Shown: positions 50,673 to 61,254, counted from the stretch's first letter. The stretch is DNA of 64,000 bases from an uncultured Actinomycetota bacterium (GCA_963764805.1 CAVXUB010000001.1:331840-395839), one strand, 5' to 3'. The notes: generated by a model from the letters alone, not told the origin. Made by a program: numbers and translations.

Positions 50673-52956
50673 ATGGACCAGTACCAGCCCTTCGAGGGCG
50701 TCATCGGCCGGACCCTCGCGGATTCGACGCCATGGTGGCCGGAGCCCTCACGTCCCCTCGCCGGCGCCCCCAACGTCCTGCTGATCCTCATCGACGACCT
50801 GGGATTCTCACATTTCGGCTGCTACGGCTCGGAGATCTCCACCCCGAACGTCGACGCGCTGGCGGCGGGTGGGCTGCGCTACACCAACTTCCACGTCACG
50901 CCGCTCTGCTCCCCGACTCGCGCCGCACTGCTCACCGGGCGCAACCACCACGAGGTCGGGATGCGCTCGCTCTCCAACTTCGACACCGGCTTCCCCAACA
51001 TGAGAGGCGAGGTGTCGCTGCATGCCGCGACGCTGGCCGAGGTGTTGCGCGACGAGGGCTACGCCACGTTCGCGCTCGGCAAGTGGCATCTCTGCCAGAT
51101 GCAGTCCGCCTCGGCGGCGGGGCCGTTCGAGCAGTGGCCCCTGCAGCGGGGATTCGACCGCTTCTACGGCTTCCTCGACGGCGAGACTGACCAGTTCCAC
51201 CCCGAGCTCGTCTGCGACAACCACCTGAGCGAACCGCCGGCAACCGCCGCCGAGGGCTACCACCTGAGCGAGGACCTCGTCGACCAGGCGATCCGGATGC
51301 TGAACGACACGAAGTCGATCCGCCCCGACCGGCCGTTGTTCATGTACTTCGCCTTTGGTGCGACTCACGCCCCGCACCAGGCTCCTGCCGCGTTCATCAG
51401 CAAGTACGAGGGGGCCTTCGACCGCGGCTGGGACGAGGCGAGGGACGCCTGGTTCGCGCCGGCAGCACGAGATGGGCCTGCTCCCTCGATCCACGCAGCT
51501 CGCCCCTCGCAACCCCGGTGTGGAGGCGTGGAAGGACCTGAGCGGGAACGAGCGCCGGCTGGCAGCCAGATTGCAGGAGGCGTTCGCCGGATTCCTCGAG
51601 CACACCGACGCCCAGATCGGCCGCTTGGTGGCGGCACTCGAGAGGCTCGGCGAGCTGGACAACACCTTGATCCTGCTGCTCTCCGACAACGGTGCCAGCC
51701 AGGAGGGCGGCCCGTTCGGGGTGCTCAACGAGTTGAAGTACTTCAACTTCGTGCTCGAGGACCCAGACGAGGCGGTCGAACATCTCGGCGACATCGGCGG
51801 CCCACGCTCGCACACCAACTACCCCTGGGGCTGGGCGCAGGCCGGCAACACCCCCTTCAAGTGGTACAAGCAGAACACCCACGAGGGAGGGGTCCACGTC
51901 CCCCTGGTGGTGCACTGGCCGCAGCGGATTCCGCAAGGCGGCGGCGTGCGCGACCAGTTCCATCATGTGAACGATGTCGCCCCGACGATCTACGAGGCGC
52001 TGGGCGTCGTCCCGCCGTCGAGCTATCGAGGGCGGGCGCAGATGCCGGTGACCGGCACGTCGATGCTCTACACGCTCGACGCGCCCACCGCGTCGAGCAC
52101 CAAGAGCGTCCAGTACTTCGAGATGATGGGCCACCGCGCCATCTACAAGGACGGCTGGAAGGCGGTCACCCGCCATCGGCCTGGCGCTCGCTTCGACGAC
52201 GACCGATGGGAGCTCTACCACCTCGACGACGACAGGTCCGAGTGCGTGGACCTCGCCTCCGCGATGCCGGAGAAGGTGGCGGAGCTGGTGGCTCTATGGT
52301 GGGAGGAGGCCGACAGACATGGCGTGCTTCCTCTCGACGATCGGACGATAGAGCTCTTCCGACCGCGGCGAGGCCAGTGGGCGCCTCACCGACCGGACGA
52401 GCGCTACACCTACTACCCGCCCCTGTCGCCGCTCCCCGCCAGCGTCGCTGCGGCGATCGGGGGGAGGAGCTTCGATCTGCGGGCAGCGGTGGAACGCCGG
52501 GCGGGCGACGGTGGTGTGATCTACTCGACGGGCAGTGCGTCCTCGGGGATGTCGCTCTTCGTGCAGGAGGAGCGGTTGGTGCTGGACTACAACTGCTTCG
52601 GCGAGCATCTCCTGGTGGAGTCCGATATCGCGGTTCCAGAGGGGCCGTCCACGCTCGGGATCCGCTTCCGCAGGCTCGGAGTGGAGGAGCTCGGCACTGA
52701 CGGGCTCGGCACCGAAGGGCAGGCAACGCTCGTCGTCGACGGCAGCGATTGCGGGACGCTCCGCATCCCCTTCGTGATGCGCATCATCTCGAGCCTCGGC
52801 CCGAGCGTGGGTGCCGACCACGGCTCGCCGGTGAGCAACCGCTACGCCGGATCGTTCCCCTTCCGGGGCGTGATCCACCGCGTCGACATCGAGCTCCTGC
52901 CGACGCGGGGCTCTACGTCGTCCGAGGAGGCAAGGGCGATCGTCGGTCGCCAGTGA
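50673..52956 (+). pseudogene. Arylsulfatase (formylglycine type), 1 frameshift near 51450
   Basis: LILIDDLGFS..TPLCSPTRAALLTGR is in ORF 50673-52700. The continuation LLLSDNGASQEGG..NTHEGGVHVP is in ORF 51355-52956. Confidence 0.85.
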
Positions 52957-52984
52957 GCGGGGACTGCCTTCGGCGCAGGGGGGC

Positions 52985-53968
52985 TCAGGCCGAGAGGACT
53001 TCGCGGTGCCAGCAGTCGCGTCCCGCTTGCTTGGCCCGGTACAGGGCGAGGTCGGCTCTCTGGATGGTGGCGTCGGCCGGTCCGTGGTCGTGCACTGCGA
53101 CACCGGCCGAGAAGGTGGGTCGTACAGGCGACCGCCAGCATCCGCGCAGCCGTGCGAGCATCACCTCTGCGCCGTCGACGCCCGATCTCGGGAGCAGGAG
53201 GAGGATCTCCTCGCCTCCGTAACGCACCGCCATGTCTCCGCCCCGGATGACGGCTCGCAGGACCGCTCCGAACTCGGCGAGGACTCGGTCGCCGGCGGCG
53301 TGCCCGTGCACGTCGTTGATCTGCTTGAAGTGGTCGAGGTCGACGAGCACCACGCCGTCGCCCGGCTGTAGCGCCGAGAGCATCGACGGCAGGTCGCGCC
53401 GGTTGCGCAGCCCGGTGAGCGAATCGGTGGAGGCGGCAGTGGTCAGTTGCACATCCCTCCGGCGGGTGTGAGCGGAACGGGAGGCAAGGAGCTCGCCCAC
53501 GAGCAGCCAGATGCCGATGGCGATGGGGAGCTTGACCTCGACCTGAGGCGTGAGCTTGCCGCCGCAGAGGATGTAAGCCGGGACTGCGATCGGCAGGCAG
53601 GCGAGCGGGACCCCGCGCGACTGCGTCAAGCCCACGTAGATGAACACGAGCACGAAGAGCCCGTTGTACGAGGAGCTGACGCTCGTCGCCCCGAGCGCTC
53701 CGCAGCCGAGAGCACCGACGGCGAGGGCCGGGTAGACGAGCAGAGCAAGGCGGGGCAGCCGCTCCCAGGGCAGCATCGTCACCATCAGCCCGATCAGCGT
53801 GGCCACGGCGAAAGCACCCACCAGGCTCTCGATGGCGCGTGGCGATGGCGCGAGCAACCAGATCGTGCAGATGACAAGCAGCAGGAAGCAGATCAGCAAC
53901 CCGGCGCCGAGGTAGGCGCTGCGGCGATTCTCTGCCATCGGTGCCACCGGACGGGCGATGCTGTGCAC
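52985..53968 (-). CDS. Membrane-bound diguanylate cyclase (GGDEF domain, GGEEI variant)
   Basis: About 5-6 N-terminal TM segments, then DSLTGLRNRR..VDLDHFKQINDVHGHAAGD..RYGGEEILLLL. Confidence 0.85.
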   Translation of the reverse strand: MHSIARPVAPMAENRRSAYLGAGLLICFLLLVICTIWLLAPSPRAIESLVGAFAVATLIGLMVTMLPWERLPRLALLVYPALAVGALGCGALGATSVSSSYNGLFVLVFIYVGLTQSRGVPLACLPIAVPAYILCGGKLTPQVEVKLPIAIGIWLLVGELLASRSAHTRRRDVQLTTAASTDSLTGLRNRRDLPSMLSALQPGDGVVLVDLDHFKQINDVHGHAAGDRVLAEFGAVLRAVIRGGDMAVRYGGEEILLLLPRSGVDGAEVMLARLRGCWRSPVRPTFSAGVAVHDHGPADATIQRADLALYRAKQAGRDCWHREVLSA

Positions 53969-54026
53969 GAATCTCTATCGGCGGAGCGGCGTCCGAAGTT
54001 GAGCACCGGTCCTGCGTGCGGCGCTC

Positions 54027-54965
54027 GTGACCTCGTATACGGCGGGGCGTCGCCGGGTAGCGTCGTCTCCGATGGTGCTGCACCTCATCGCTGCCCTCGG
54101 GGCGGCGCTCTGCTACGGGGTGGGCACGATCCTGCAGGCGCGTGGCGCCCGGCGGGTGGCGGCATCGGCAGGGCTCGACATGGGCCTTTTCATCCGCCTG
54201 GCTCGCTCGCTCCCCTACCTGCTCGGCTTGGCGATCGACTTGATCGGGTTCGTCCTCGCCCTCATCGCGGTACGCAGGCTTCCGCTCTTCGTCGTGCAGG
54301 CGGCGCTGGCGGCAAGCCTGGCGGTGACGGCCGTGCTGGCGCAGATCTTCCTCCGGGTGCGCCTCGCTGCGATGGAGTGGGCAGGGGTGGTCGCCGCCTG
54401 CATCGGCCTGCTGCTGCTCGGCCTGTCGGCAGGCGCTGAGAAGCCCTCGCACGTCGCCTTCATGGGGCGGATGTCGCTCGTGGTCATCGCCGTGGTACTG
54501 GTTGCTGTCGGCTTCCTGGTGGCCGCCTTCACCGCCGAGGCAGGAGCGTTGCTGCTCGGCGCATTGGCCGGCCTCGGGTTCGGGCTGGTGGGATTCGCGA
54601 CGAGGGTGTTGCGGCACCCGGGGTCGTTTCGAGGTCTGTACGCCGATCCGGCCACCTATGCCGTGCTGCTCGGAGGAGCGCTCGGTCTGCTGGCCTTCGC
54701 CACGGCCCTACAGCGGGGCTCGGTGACGCGGGCCACGGCGGCCACCGTCCTCTGCGAGACGCTGATCCCGGCGGTGGCGGGGATCATCGTGCTCGGGGAC
54801 CGGCCGCGGGCGGGGCTCTGGGCCGTTGCCGGCGCCGGCTTCGCTCTCACCGTTGCCGGGGCGACGATGCTCGCCTTCTTTGAGCACGAGGAGCTGGCGG
54901 TGCCGCCACCCACGGGCCGTCACCGGCGCTCCGCCAGCGAGGCGAGCGCAGCCACCCCGTCGTAG
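54027..54965 (+). CDS. Polytopic membrane protein (DMT/EamA-like topology)
   Basis: 312 aa with about 9-10 hydrophobic segments. Family not resolved. Confidence 0.5.
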   Translation: MTSYTAGRRRVASSPMVLHLIAALGAALCYGVGTILQARGARRVAASAGLDMGLFIRLARSLPYLLGLAIDLIGFVLALIAVRRLPLFVVQAALAASLAVTAVLAQIFLRVRLAAMEWAGVVAACIGLLLLGLSAGAEKPSHVAFMGRMSLVVIAVVLVAVGFLVAAFTAEAGALLLGALAGLGFGLVGFATRVLRHPGSFRGLYADPATYAVLLGGALGLLAFATALQRGSVTRATAATVLCETLIPAVAGIIVLGDRPRAGLWAVAGAGFALTVAGATMLAFFEHEELAVPPPTGRHRRSASEASAATPS

Positions 54966-56173
54966 ACATCCACGAAACGAGTAGTCAGCGGCGACATGCC
55001 CGCCCTGATGACATCGGGCATGCGGAAGTCGCAGACCACGCCTGCGGCCGCAAGCTCGAAGACCAACCGCTTGCCGTCGGCATGGCAGAAGGCGACGTGG
55101 GCGCCTCGGCGTGCCGGATCCCGTGGCGAGCCGAGGGCGAAGCCGAGCGGCTCCAGCAGCTCGTCGAACAGCTCGATGGCGTACTGGGTGAGGGCGATGC
55201 CCTTCTGCCTGACCGCTTCGATGCCGTAGCCGGCGACAAGCCTGGCACCCTCCTCGGCGGCGGCGAGGCCGAGCATCGAAGGCGTCCCGCCGAGGAAACC
55301 CGGCATCCCCTTCGCACGCACGAAGAGCGGCCCCATCTCGAACATCTCCGCCCTCGCCCACCAGCCCCACACCGGGGGATCGAGCTCATCGTGCAGAGCG
55401 GAGCGGACGTACAGGAACGCCGGCGACCCCGGCCCGCCGCAGAGGTACTTGTAGGTGCAGCCGACGGCCATGTCGACGCCCCACTCGTCGAGCGCGATCG
55501 GCACCGAGCCCACCGAGTGGCAGCAGTCGAGCAGCATCAGGGCACCGGCCCGGTGCGTCATGTCCGTGGCGGAACGCGCATCGACGATCGCCGCCGACTT
55601 GTAACCGACATGCGACAGAGAGACGAGCGCGACGTCGTCGGCGAGGGCGGCGGCCAGCTGATCGAGTGACGGCCCCTCCACGGGATCGGACTCGATCCAG
55701 CGGATCTCGCCGCCGGCCGCCGCCGCCACTCCCTCGAGGACGTAGCGGTCCGTCGGGAAGTTCTCGGTGTCGGTGACGATCACCCTGCGGCCGGGCCGGG
55801 CATGCAGCGCCGCCGAGGAGAGGCGGTAGAGGCAGTTCGTGGTCGAATCGGCGACCACGGTCTGGCCGGCGGCTGCACCGAGCATCGAGCCGGCGATCAG
55901 CTCCCCCGCCCGCACGGGGAGGGCCACCCACTCGCGCTCGAAAGAGGAGATGAGGTCCACTCCCCATTGCTCCTCGACCACCTTGCGGACTCGCCCCACC
56001 GTCGCCAGCGGCAACCGGCCGAGCGAATTGCCGTCCAGGTAGACGAGCCTGTCGTCGGCGATCGCGAAGCGCGACCGAGCATCCGAGAGGCCGTCCCGCG
56101 CATCCAGCTCGAGGGCCCGTGAGCGAGGCTGCCCGCTCAGATCGTGCCCTTCTCCACCGCGTCCACGATCCAA
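54920..56173 (-). CDS. kynU: Kynureninase-like PLP-dependent hydrolase
   Basis: VYLDGNSLGRLP near the N-terminus and GCTYKYLCGGPGSPAF around the expected PLP lysine. The start is possibly internal. Confidence 0.75.
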   Translation of the reverse strand: MDRGRGGEGHDLSGQPRSRALELDARDGLSDARSRFAIADDRLVYLDGNSLGRLPLATVGRVRKVVEEQWGVDLISSFEREWVALPVRAGELIAGSMLGAAAGQTVVADSTTNCLYRLSSAALHARPGRRVIVTDTENFPTDRYVLEGVAAAAGGEIRWIESDPVEGPSLDQLAAALADDVALVSLSHVGYKSAAIVDARSATDMTHRAGALMLLDCCHSVGSVPIALDEWGVDMAVGCTYKYLCGGPGSPAFLYVRSALHDELDPPVWGWWARAEMFEMGPLFVRAKGMPGFLGGTPSMLGLAAAEEGARLVAGYGIEAVRQKGIALTQYAIELFDELLEPLGFALGSPRDPARRGAHVAFCHADGKRLVFELAAAGVVCDFRMPDVIRAGMSPLTTRFVDVYDGVAALASLAERR

Positions 56174-57186
56174 GGGATCACCTCGTCCAGCATCTCCTCG
56201 AGCGATGTCGTCGCCTCGAAACCGAGAACGTCACGCGCCTTGTCGACTGCCGGCACTCGCTTCTGCACGTCGTGGTCGAAGGGGGTGTCGTGCACCAGCT
56301 CGAGGGGGACATCGCTTCCCTTCACCTTGCGCCAGATGATCTCCGCCAGCTCGGTCACCGTCGTCGACTGGGCGGTCGAGAGGTTGAAGTCGTCGTTGAG
56401 CGCCGCAGGGTGCTCCATGGCGACGACGATCCCCCGCGCCAGGTCGCCGCCGTAGGTGTAGTGCCGCACCTGGTTGCCGTCTCCGAGGATGTGGAGCGGA
56501 TCCTGCCCTTTGACGACCTTCTGCACGAGATCCGGTACGACGTGGCTCATCGCCAGCTCGACGTTGCCGGACAGCACCTCGACGTCGCCGAGGGCCCGCT
56601 GCTCGCCGATGCCGACGCAGTTGAAGGGACGCACGATCGTGTACGGCACCTCGTACTGGTCCCAGGCGGCGCGGGCAAAGTACTCGCAGGCAAGCTTCTG
56701 GAAGCCGTAGGACGACAGTGGCGGCGCCACCTTGCGCTCGTCACCCTCGCGCGAGGGCCAACGGTCGGTCGACTCGAAGACCATTGACGAGCTCATGTAG
56801 GTGACCTTCTGCAGCCTGCCTCCGGCCCTGCGAGAGGCGATCGCCGCGTCGCAGGAGGCGGCGATTATCCGCTCGTTGGTGGCGAGCAGGTCATAGGCGT
56901 AGGTGTGGAAATAGGAGATGCCGCCGATCATCGCCGCACCGGCGATGAAGTGGTCGCAGTCGCCGAGCAGTTCGGTGAGAGCCTTCACGTCCTGCACGTC
57001 CATCTGCACGAAGCGATAGCGGGGATCGTCGTCGTACGAGCGCTTCACCGGGCCGTACTTCGAGTAGTTGTCGAGGCCGATCACCTCGTACCCCTGGCGG
57101 AGCAGCTCCTCCACCAGGTATCCGCCGATGAAGCCGGCAGATCCGGTGACGAGCACGCGGCCTCGCTCGGGTGTCGTGTCGCTCAT
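56137..57186 (-). CDS. NAD-dependent sugar-nucleotide epimerase/dehydratase
   Basis: VLVTGSAGFIGGYL and SSYGFQK (YxxxK), 350 aa from the ATG at 57186. Confidence 0.85.
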   Translation of the reverse strand: MSDTTPERGRVLVTGSAGFIGGYLVEELLRQGYEVIGLDNYSKYGPVKRSYDDDPRYRFVQMDVQDVKALTELLGDCDHFIAGAAMIGGISYFHTYAYDLLATNERIIAASCDAAIASRRAGGRLQKVTYMSSSMVFESTDRWPSREGDERKVAPPLSSYGFQKLACEYFARAAWDQYEVPYTIVRPFNCVGIGEQRALGDVEVLSGNVELAMSHVVPDLVQKVVKGQDPLHILGDGNQVRHYTYGGDLARGIVVAMEHPAALNDDFNLSTAQSTTVTELAEIIWRKVKGSDVPLELVHDTPFDHDVQKRVPAVDKARDVLGFEATTSLEEMLDEVIPWIVDAVEKGTI

Positions 57187-57956
57187 CAAGTCGTCTCTAC
57201 CTTCGTCTCTGTGGGGGTGGCGGTGGCGGACGCCTGCGCTCCCAGCTCGTCCGTGCTGACATGGCGCCCGAAGGCGAACAGGTACCAGCGCAGGTACTTG
57301 GGGATCCAGCCGGCGACCTTGAAGTTCGAGACGCCCGATTGGCGCTCCAGCCAGATCGTCGGTATCTCGGCGACGGCGTGACCGGTGCGGCGCGCCTTGG
57401 CCGTCAGCTCGATGCCGATCTCGAACCCGGCCCTCGACTCGATCCCCACGGCCTGCACGAACTGGACCGAGTAGGCCTTGAAGGAGTTGGTGGCGTCGCG
57501 TGTCCCGACACGGGCGAGGATGTGCAGGGAGCGACCCGCAAGGCGGGAGAGGATCCCCTTCACGACCGGGCCGCCGACCTGCTGGCCGCCCGGCATGTAG
57601 CGAGAGGCGGCGGCCACCACGACACCACGTTCCACGAGCCGCGCCAGCTCGTCGATCTGGCGGGCGTCGTCGCTGCCGTCCGCCATCGTCACCACCGCTA
57701 CGGGCGCCGCGACGTGGTCGATGCCGTAGCGGATGGCGTTGGCGGGCCCCGGGCCGTACGTGTTGACGAGCAACCGCAGCCGCGGTTCCTTGTCGGCGTA
57801 GGCGTGCACCACCGGGATGGTCGAGTCGTCGGGGGTGTCCACCACGATGGCTACTTCGCAGGGGAGGTGAACCGACTCGAAGATGCGGTCGAGCACTGCG
57901 CAGATCTCTTGCCCCTCCTGATAGGCGGGGATGACGATGGAGACGCGCGGGTTCAC
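57186..57956 (-). CDS. Family-2 glycosyltransferase (polyprenol-phosphate sugar transferase-like)
   Basis: VSIVIPAYQE..VVDTPDDST..MADGSDD, 256 aa. Confidence 0.85.
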   Translation of the reverse strand: MNPRVSIVIPAYQEGQEICAVLDRIFESVHLPCEVAIVVDTPDDSTIPVVHAYADKEPRLRLLVNTYGPGPANAIRYGIDHVAAPVAVVTMADGSDDARQIDELARLVERGVVVAAASRYMPGGQQVGGPVVKGILSRLAGRSLHILARVGTRDATNSFKAYSVQFVQAVGIESRAGFEIGIELTAKARRTGHAVAEIPTIWLERQSGVSNFKVAGWIPKYLRWYLFAFGRHVSTDELGAQASATATPTETKVETT

Positions 57957-59164
57957 GCGAGGGCGCCTTGGCCGAGCAGGTTCCAGACATCGACCACTGG
58001 CTTGTCGGTCACGATCGAGGCGTACTCGGGGTGCGGTGCGGCCACCACGAGGATGTCCGCCTTCTCGATCACTGCATCGAGCGGCACGAGGTCGGCATCG
58101 CCCGTGACGTACGGATCAGTGCAGAGGACGCCAGCCGCCCGGAACTGGAGGATCTTCTTCAGCTTGTAGGACAGGCTCGAGCGGACGTCGTCCGAGCCGC
58201 CCTTGAACGCCATGCCGAGGATGCCGACCGTGCTCGCAGCGAGATCGAAGCGGGCCGCCAGCCGCCCGGTCAGGTACAGAGGGAGTCCCTCGTTGACGAG
58301 CATGGCGGAGTGCCCGAGGACGAACGAGTTGTCCGTGAACGACGCCAGCTGCATGGTGTCCTTCAGCAGGCAGGGGCCGGCGGCGAAGCCGGCACCGGGC
58401 ATGTCGGCGGCCCGCGGGTAGTCCTCGGTGATCGCCGCATGGATGCGGGCGAAGTCGAGGCCGTGGTCGTTGGCCATGATGTAGAACTGGTTGGCCGCCG
58501 CGAACTTGATGTAACGCCAGGCGTTCGTGAAGAGCTTGGCGAGCTCCGCCTCCTCCGGCTGCAGGTACACGATCTTCTCGGTGAGGTGCGAGAAGAGGGT
58601 GCCGGCTCGCTGCGCCGCCCGCTCGCTGCGAGCGGCCACGATCTGGGGGAGCGTGAACAGCTCGGTCATCGCACGCCCTTCGGCCAGCCGCTCCGGGCAG
58701 AAGGTGACGTCCATGTCGATCCCGAGGTCGGCGACCACAGACTCCACCCTGGCCGTCACGCCCGGGTAGACGGTGCTGCGCAGTACGAGCACCTGGCGGT
58801 CGCGAAAGAACGGGGCGCACTGGCCGAGGGCCCGCGGCACGGCCCGCGGGTCCGGGTTCATGTACTCGTCGACCGGCGTGCCGATGACGACGATCACGTG
58901 CTCGGCGGTGCTCACGATCTCGGGCTCGGTCGACACCGTCAGCCGCCCGGCGGCGAGTGCGCCCTCCAGACGGGCCGGCGCTCCTTCCTCCAGGAAGGGC
59001 ATGACGCCCGCCTGTACGGTTGCAACGGCATCGGCGTTGATGTCGTAGATCCCGACGTTCAAACCTCTATCAGCGAATGCGATCGCCAGCGGGAGGCCGA
59101 CGTGGCCGCAACCTCCGACCACCACGAGATCCCGCTCGAAACCCTGCACAACCGATCTTCCCAT
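57953..59164 (-). CDS. Nucleotide-sugar (UDP-glucose/GDP-mannose family) dehydrogenase
   Basis: VVVGGCGHVGLPLA, catalytic region GFAAGPCLLKD, and GMAFKGGSDDVR. The start is approximate. Confidence 0.85.
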   Translation of the reverse strand: MGRSVVQGFERDLVVVGGCGHVGLPLAIAFADRGLNVGIYDINADAVATVQAGVMPFLEEGAPARLEGALAAGRLTVSTEPEIVSTAEHVIVVIGTPVDEYMNPDPRAVPRALGQCAPFFRDRQVLVLRSTVYPGVTARVESVVADLGIDMDVTFCPERLAEGRAMTELFTLPQIVAARSERAAQRAGTLFSHLTEKIVYLQPEEAELAKLFTNAWRYIKFAAANQFYIMANDHGLDFARIHAAITEDYPRAADMPGAGFAAGPCLLKDTMQLASFTDNSFVLGHSAMLVNEGLPLYLTGRLAARFDLAASTVGILGMAFKGGSDDVRSSLSYKLKKILQFRAAGVLCTDPYVTGDADLVPLDAVIEKADILVVAAPHPEYASIVTDKPVVDVWNLLGQGALA

Positions 59165-59509
59165 CCCCTCGGCGCGCACGTTGAGCTCATTTCGGGGATC
59201 GGGAGTCACGGTTTCCTCCACCGGGGGATGAGCGGCGCGTCGCTCGCGACTGACGCGGCGCCGGGTCTGGTCGTGGCAGGTCATTCTAGCGGTCAGCCCT
59301 GGTGGTCCCGGAGCACGCCTCCTGCGGCGACGCCGACCGAGGGGCGAGCCGCCGGGGTGTGGACAGCCTGGGGAGCATGTGGGGACCCAGTGGGGACGAG
59401 GTGGGGGTTGGGTGAGATTCCTGTCGACAAGCAGTGGATTTCGCGAAACCCTCTTGACCTCGGCGTCCCCCGCAGTGCACTCTGTCGGCGCAAGGTTCAA
59501 TGCCGGTTG

Positions 59510-59881
59510 ATGCAACGGCAGCAGGTGCTGGAGACGAGGAGCGGCTCAGGTAGCGCCCGAAAGGGAGTTGCAGGGGAAGCCCGAGGAGAAGGCATCGAGT
59601 GTGATCCGCAAGGTGAGCACGGAAGCGCCGGTGTGGACGGTGTTGAACCGAGCAGGTTGAGTTTGGTGTTCGTGGACGTGCCGCCCCCCCGGGGGCACGC
59701 ACCGAAGCTGCAGCCGAAGGGTCGCCGCAAGGTGGTCCGGAGGCAGCCGAGAGGTCGCCGCAAGGTGACAACGAGGCAGCAGGACGCCAGGCTCCGCCAG
59801 GGGCAGGACCCCGGGGAGTACGGAAGGCTCCGGCCGACCGGCTACCCGGGGTCGCCTCGCGTCCGGGCCCGGCTCGCGTGA
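59510..59881 (+). other. G/A-rich, hairpin-dense leader or basic upstream ORF preceding the MFS gene
   Basis: CCGCAAGGTG occurs 3 times (59606, 59715, 59748). A 33-nt unit is tandemly duplicated (59711-59743 and 59744-59776). A hairpin lies at 59678-59698. An open frame of 123 codons ends in a GTGA overlap with the MFS start. Confidence 0.3.
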
Positions 59882-61149
59882 GCGCTCTCTCGGCTCCCGA
59901 CGTCGACCGGCGCTACCTGCGGCGGATGATGTGGCTGCTCTGGCCGGCGGCCTTCTTCAACGGGTTCGACGCCTCCCTTCGCGCTCTGCTGCTCCCCCAG
60001 CTTCAGGACGCCTTCCACGTGGGCGTCGCCACCCTCGGCGTCGCCAGCGTACCGATCACGGCCGGCCAGTTCGTCGCCTTCTTCGCCGTTCAGGCAGCGG
60101 ATCGGGTCGGACGCCGGCCACTGCTCCTCGTGTCGCTGCTCGGCTACACCCTCTTCACCGGGCTCACGGCTCTCTCCTGGTCGGTCGTCTCGTTCGCCAC
60201 CTTCCAGTTCTTCGCCCAAGTCTTCCTCGGCACCGAGTTCGCGATGGCGGTGATCGTGGTGAGCGAGGAGCTGCCGCCGGCCTCTCGCGGCCGGGCCCTC
60301 GGCCGCCTCCTCATCTCGGGGCCGCTCGGCGCCGTCATCGCGGCGGTCCTGCTCGCTGCGGGCCTCGGTCACACGACGCTCCACTGGCGCGCCTTCTACC
60401 TCGTCGGCCTCGTCCCGTTGCTGCTGATCGCCTACGCCCGGCGGCTGCTGCAGGAGACCCGTGCATACCAGGTGAGCGCCGCCGCCCGGGCCGAGGCGGG
60501 GTCGGCAGGAGGGATGCTTCCGGGAGGCCTGCGGCGCCTCGTGGTGGCATGGCGCAAGCCGTGGCGGTCGAACGTGATCGCCCTCGGGCTCGTCTCGTTC
60601 CTGCAGAAGGTCCCCACGTCGGCGGGCGCCGGCTGGTGGGTGTACTACGCCGAGAAGCAGCGGCACTGGTCGTCGACGCTCGTCTCGATCTTCCTCGTCT
60701 GCGCCTACGGCCTGGGCACGACCGGCTACTACTTCTGCGGCCGCGCGATGGACCGCTTCGGCCGGAGACCGACGGCGGCCGTCTACCTGACCCTCGGCAT
60801 CGTGCTCGGCGCGCTCGCCTTCCAGGTCGACTACAAGCCCGCTGCTTTCGTTCTCATCATCGGCGCTGTCTTCTTCGGGCTGGGGATCGGTCCCGCGCTG
60901 TCGGCGTTCGGAGCAGAGCTGTTCCCGACGAGGATCAGGGCGGAGGCCAACGCATGGGTGGGGAACGGCTTTGCCAACGCAGGGTCGGTGCTGGGGCCGG
61001 CGCTAGTGGGGATCCTGGGCGACAAGAACGGCCTGGTCGGCAACGTGGGCGACACCGTGAGCCTCCTCTGCGTCGTCGGCCTCCCGGCGATCCCGATCAT
61101 CTGGTTCAAGCTCCGCGAGACCAGAGGCGTGTCGCTCCTAGAGCCCTAG
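59878..61149 (+). CDS. MFS transporter
   Basis: 423 aa with 12 predicted TM segments and the MFS loop motif DRVGRRPLL. Confidence 0.85.
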   Translation: MSALSAPDVDRRYLRRMMWLLWPAAFFNGFDASLRALLLPQLQDAFHVGVATLGVASVPITAGQFVAFFAVQAADRVGRRPLLLVSLLGYTLFTGLTALSWSVVSFATFQFFAQVFLGTEFAMAVIVVSEELPPASRGRALGRLLISGPLGAVIAAVLLAAGLGHTTLHWRAFYLVGLVPLLLIAYARRLLQETRAYQVSAAARAEAGSAGGMLPGGLRRLVVAWRKPWRSNVIALGLVSFLQKVPTSAGAGWWVYYAEKQRHWSSTLVSIFLVCAYGLGTTGYYFCGRAMDRFGRRPTAAVYLTLGIVLGALAFQVDYKPAAFVLIIGAVFFGLGIGPALSAFGAELFPTRIRAEANAWVGNGFANAGSVLGPALVGILGDKNGLVGNVGDTVSLLCVVGLPAIPIIWFKLRETRGVSLLEP

Positions 61150-61254
61150 GCGCGCCTCGGCGTGTCGCTCCTCGAGCCTTGTGCGCGTCCGGGCGTGTCG
61201 CTCCTCGAGCCTTGCGCGCGGCCCGTCGCTCCTCGAGCCCTGTACGCGCATCGG
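61127..61254. repeat. 4 x ~31-33-bp tandem repeat (core GTCGCTCCTCGAGCC)
   Basis: Units start at about 61127, 61160, 61193 and 61224. The first unit overlaps the MFS stop codon. Confidence 0.85.

Noticed and set aside
59510-59881. Identity of the structured leader as RNase P RNA, SRP RNA, tmRNA or a known riboswitch
   Set aside because: The universal RNase P motif (GAGGAAAGTCCGGGC) is absent, as is a tmRNA tag or T-arm. GGTCCGGAGGCAGCC only loosely resembles the SRP GGUCCGGAAGGAAGCAGCC core. Cobalamin, TPP, ZTP, ykkC, c-di-GMP and ydaO signature strings, as I remember them, do not match.
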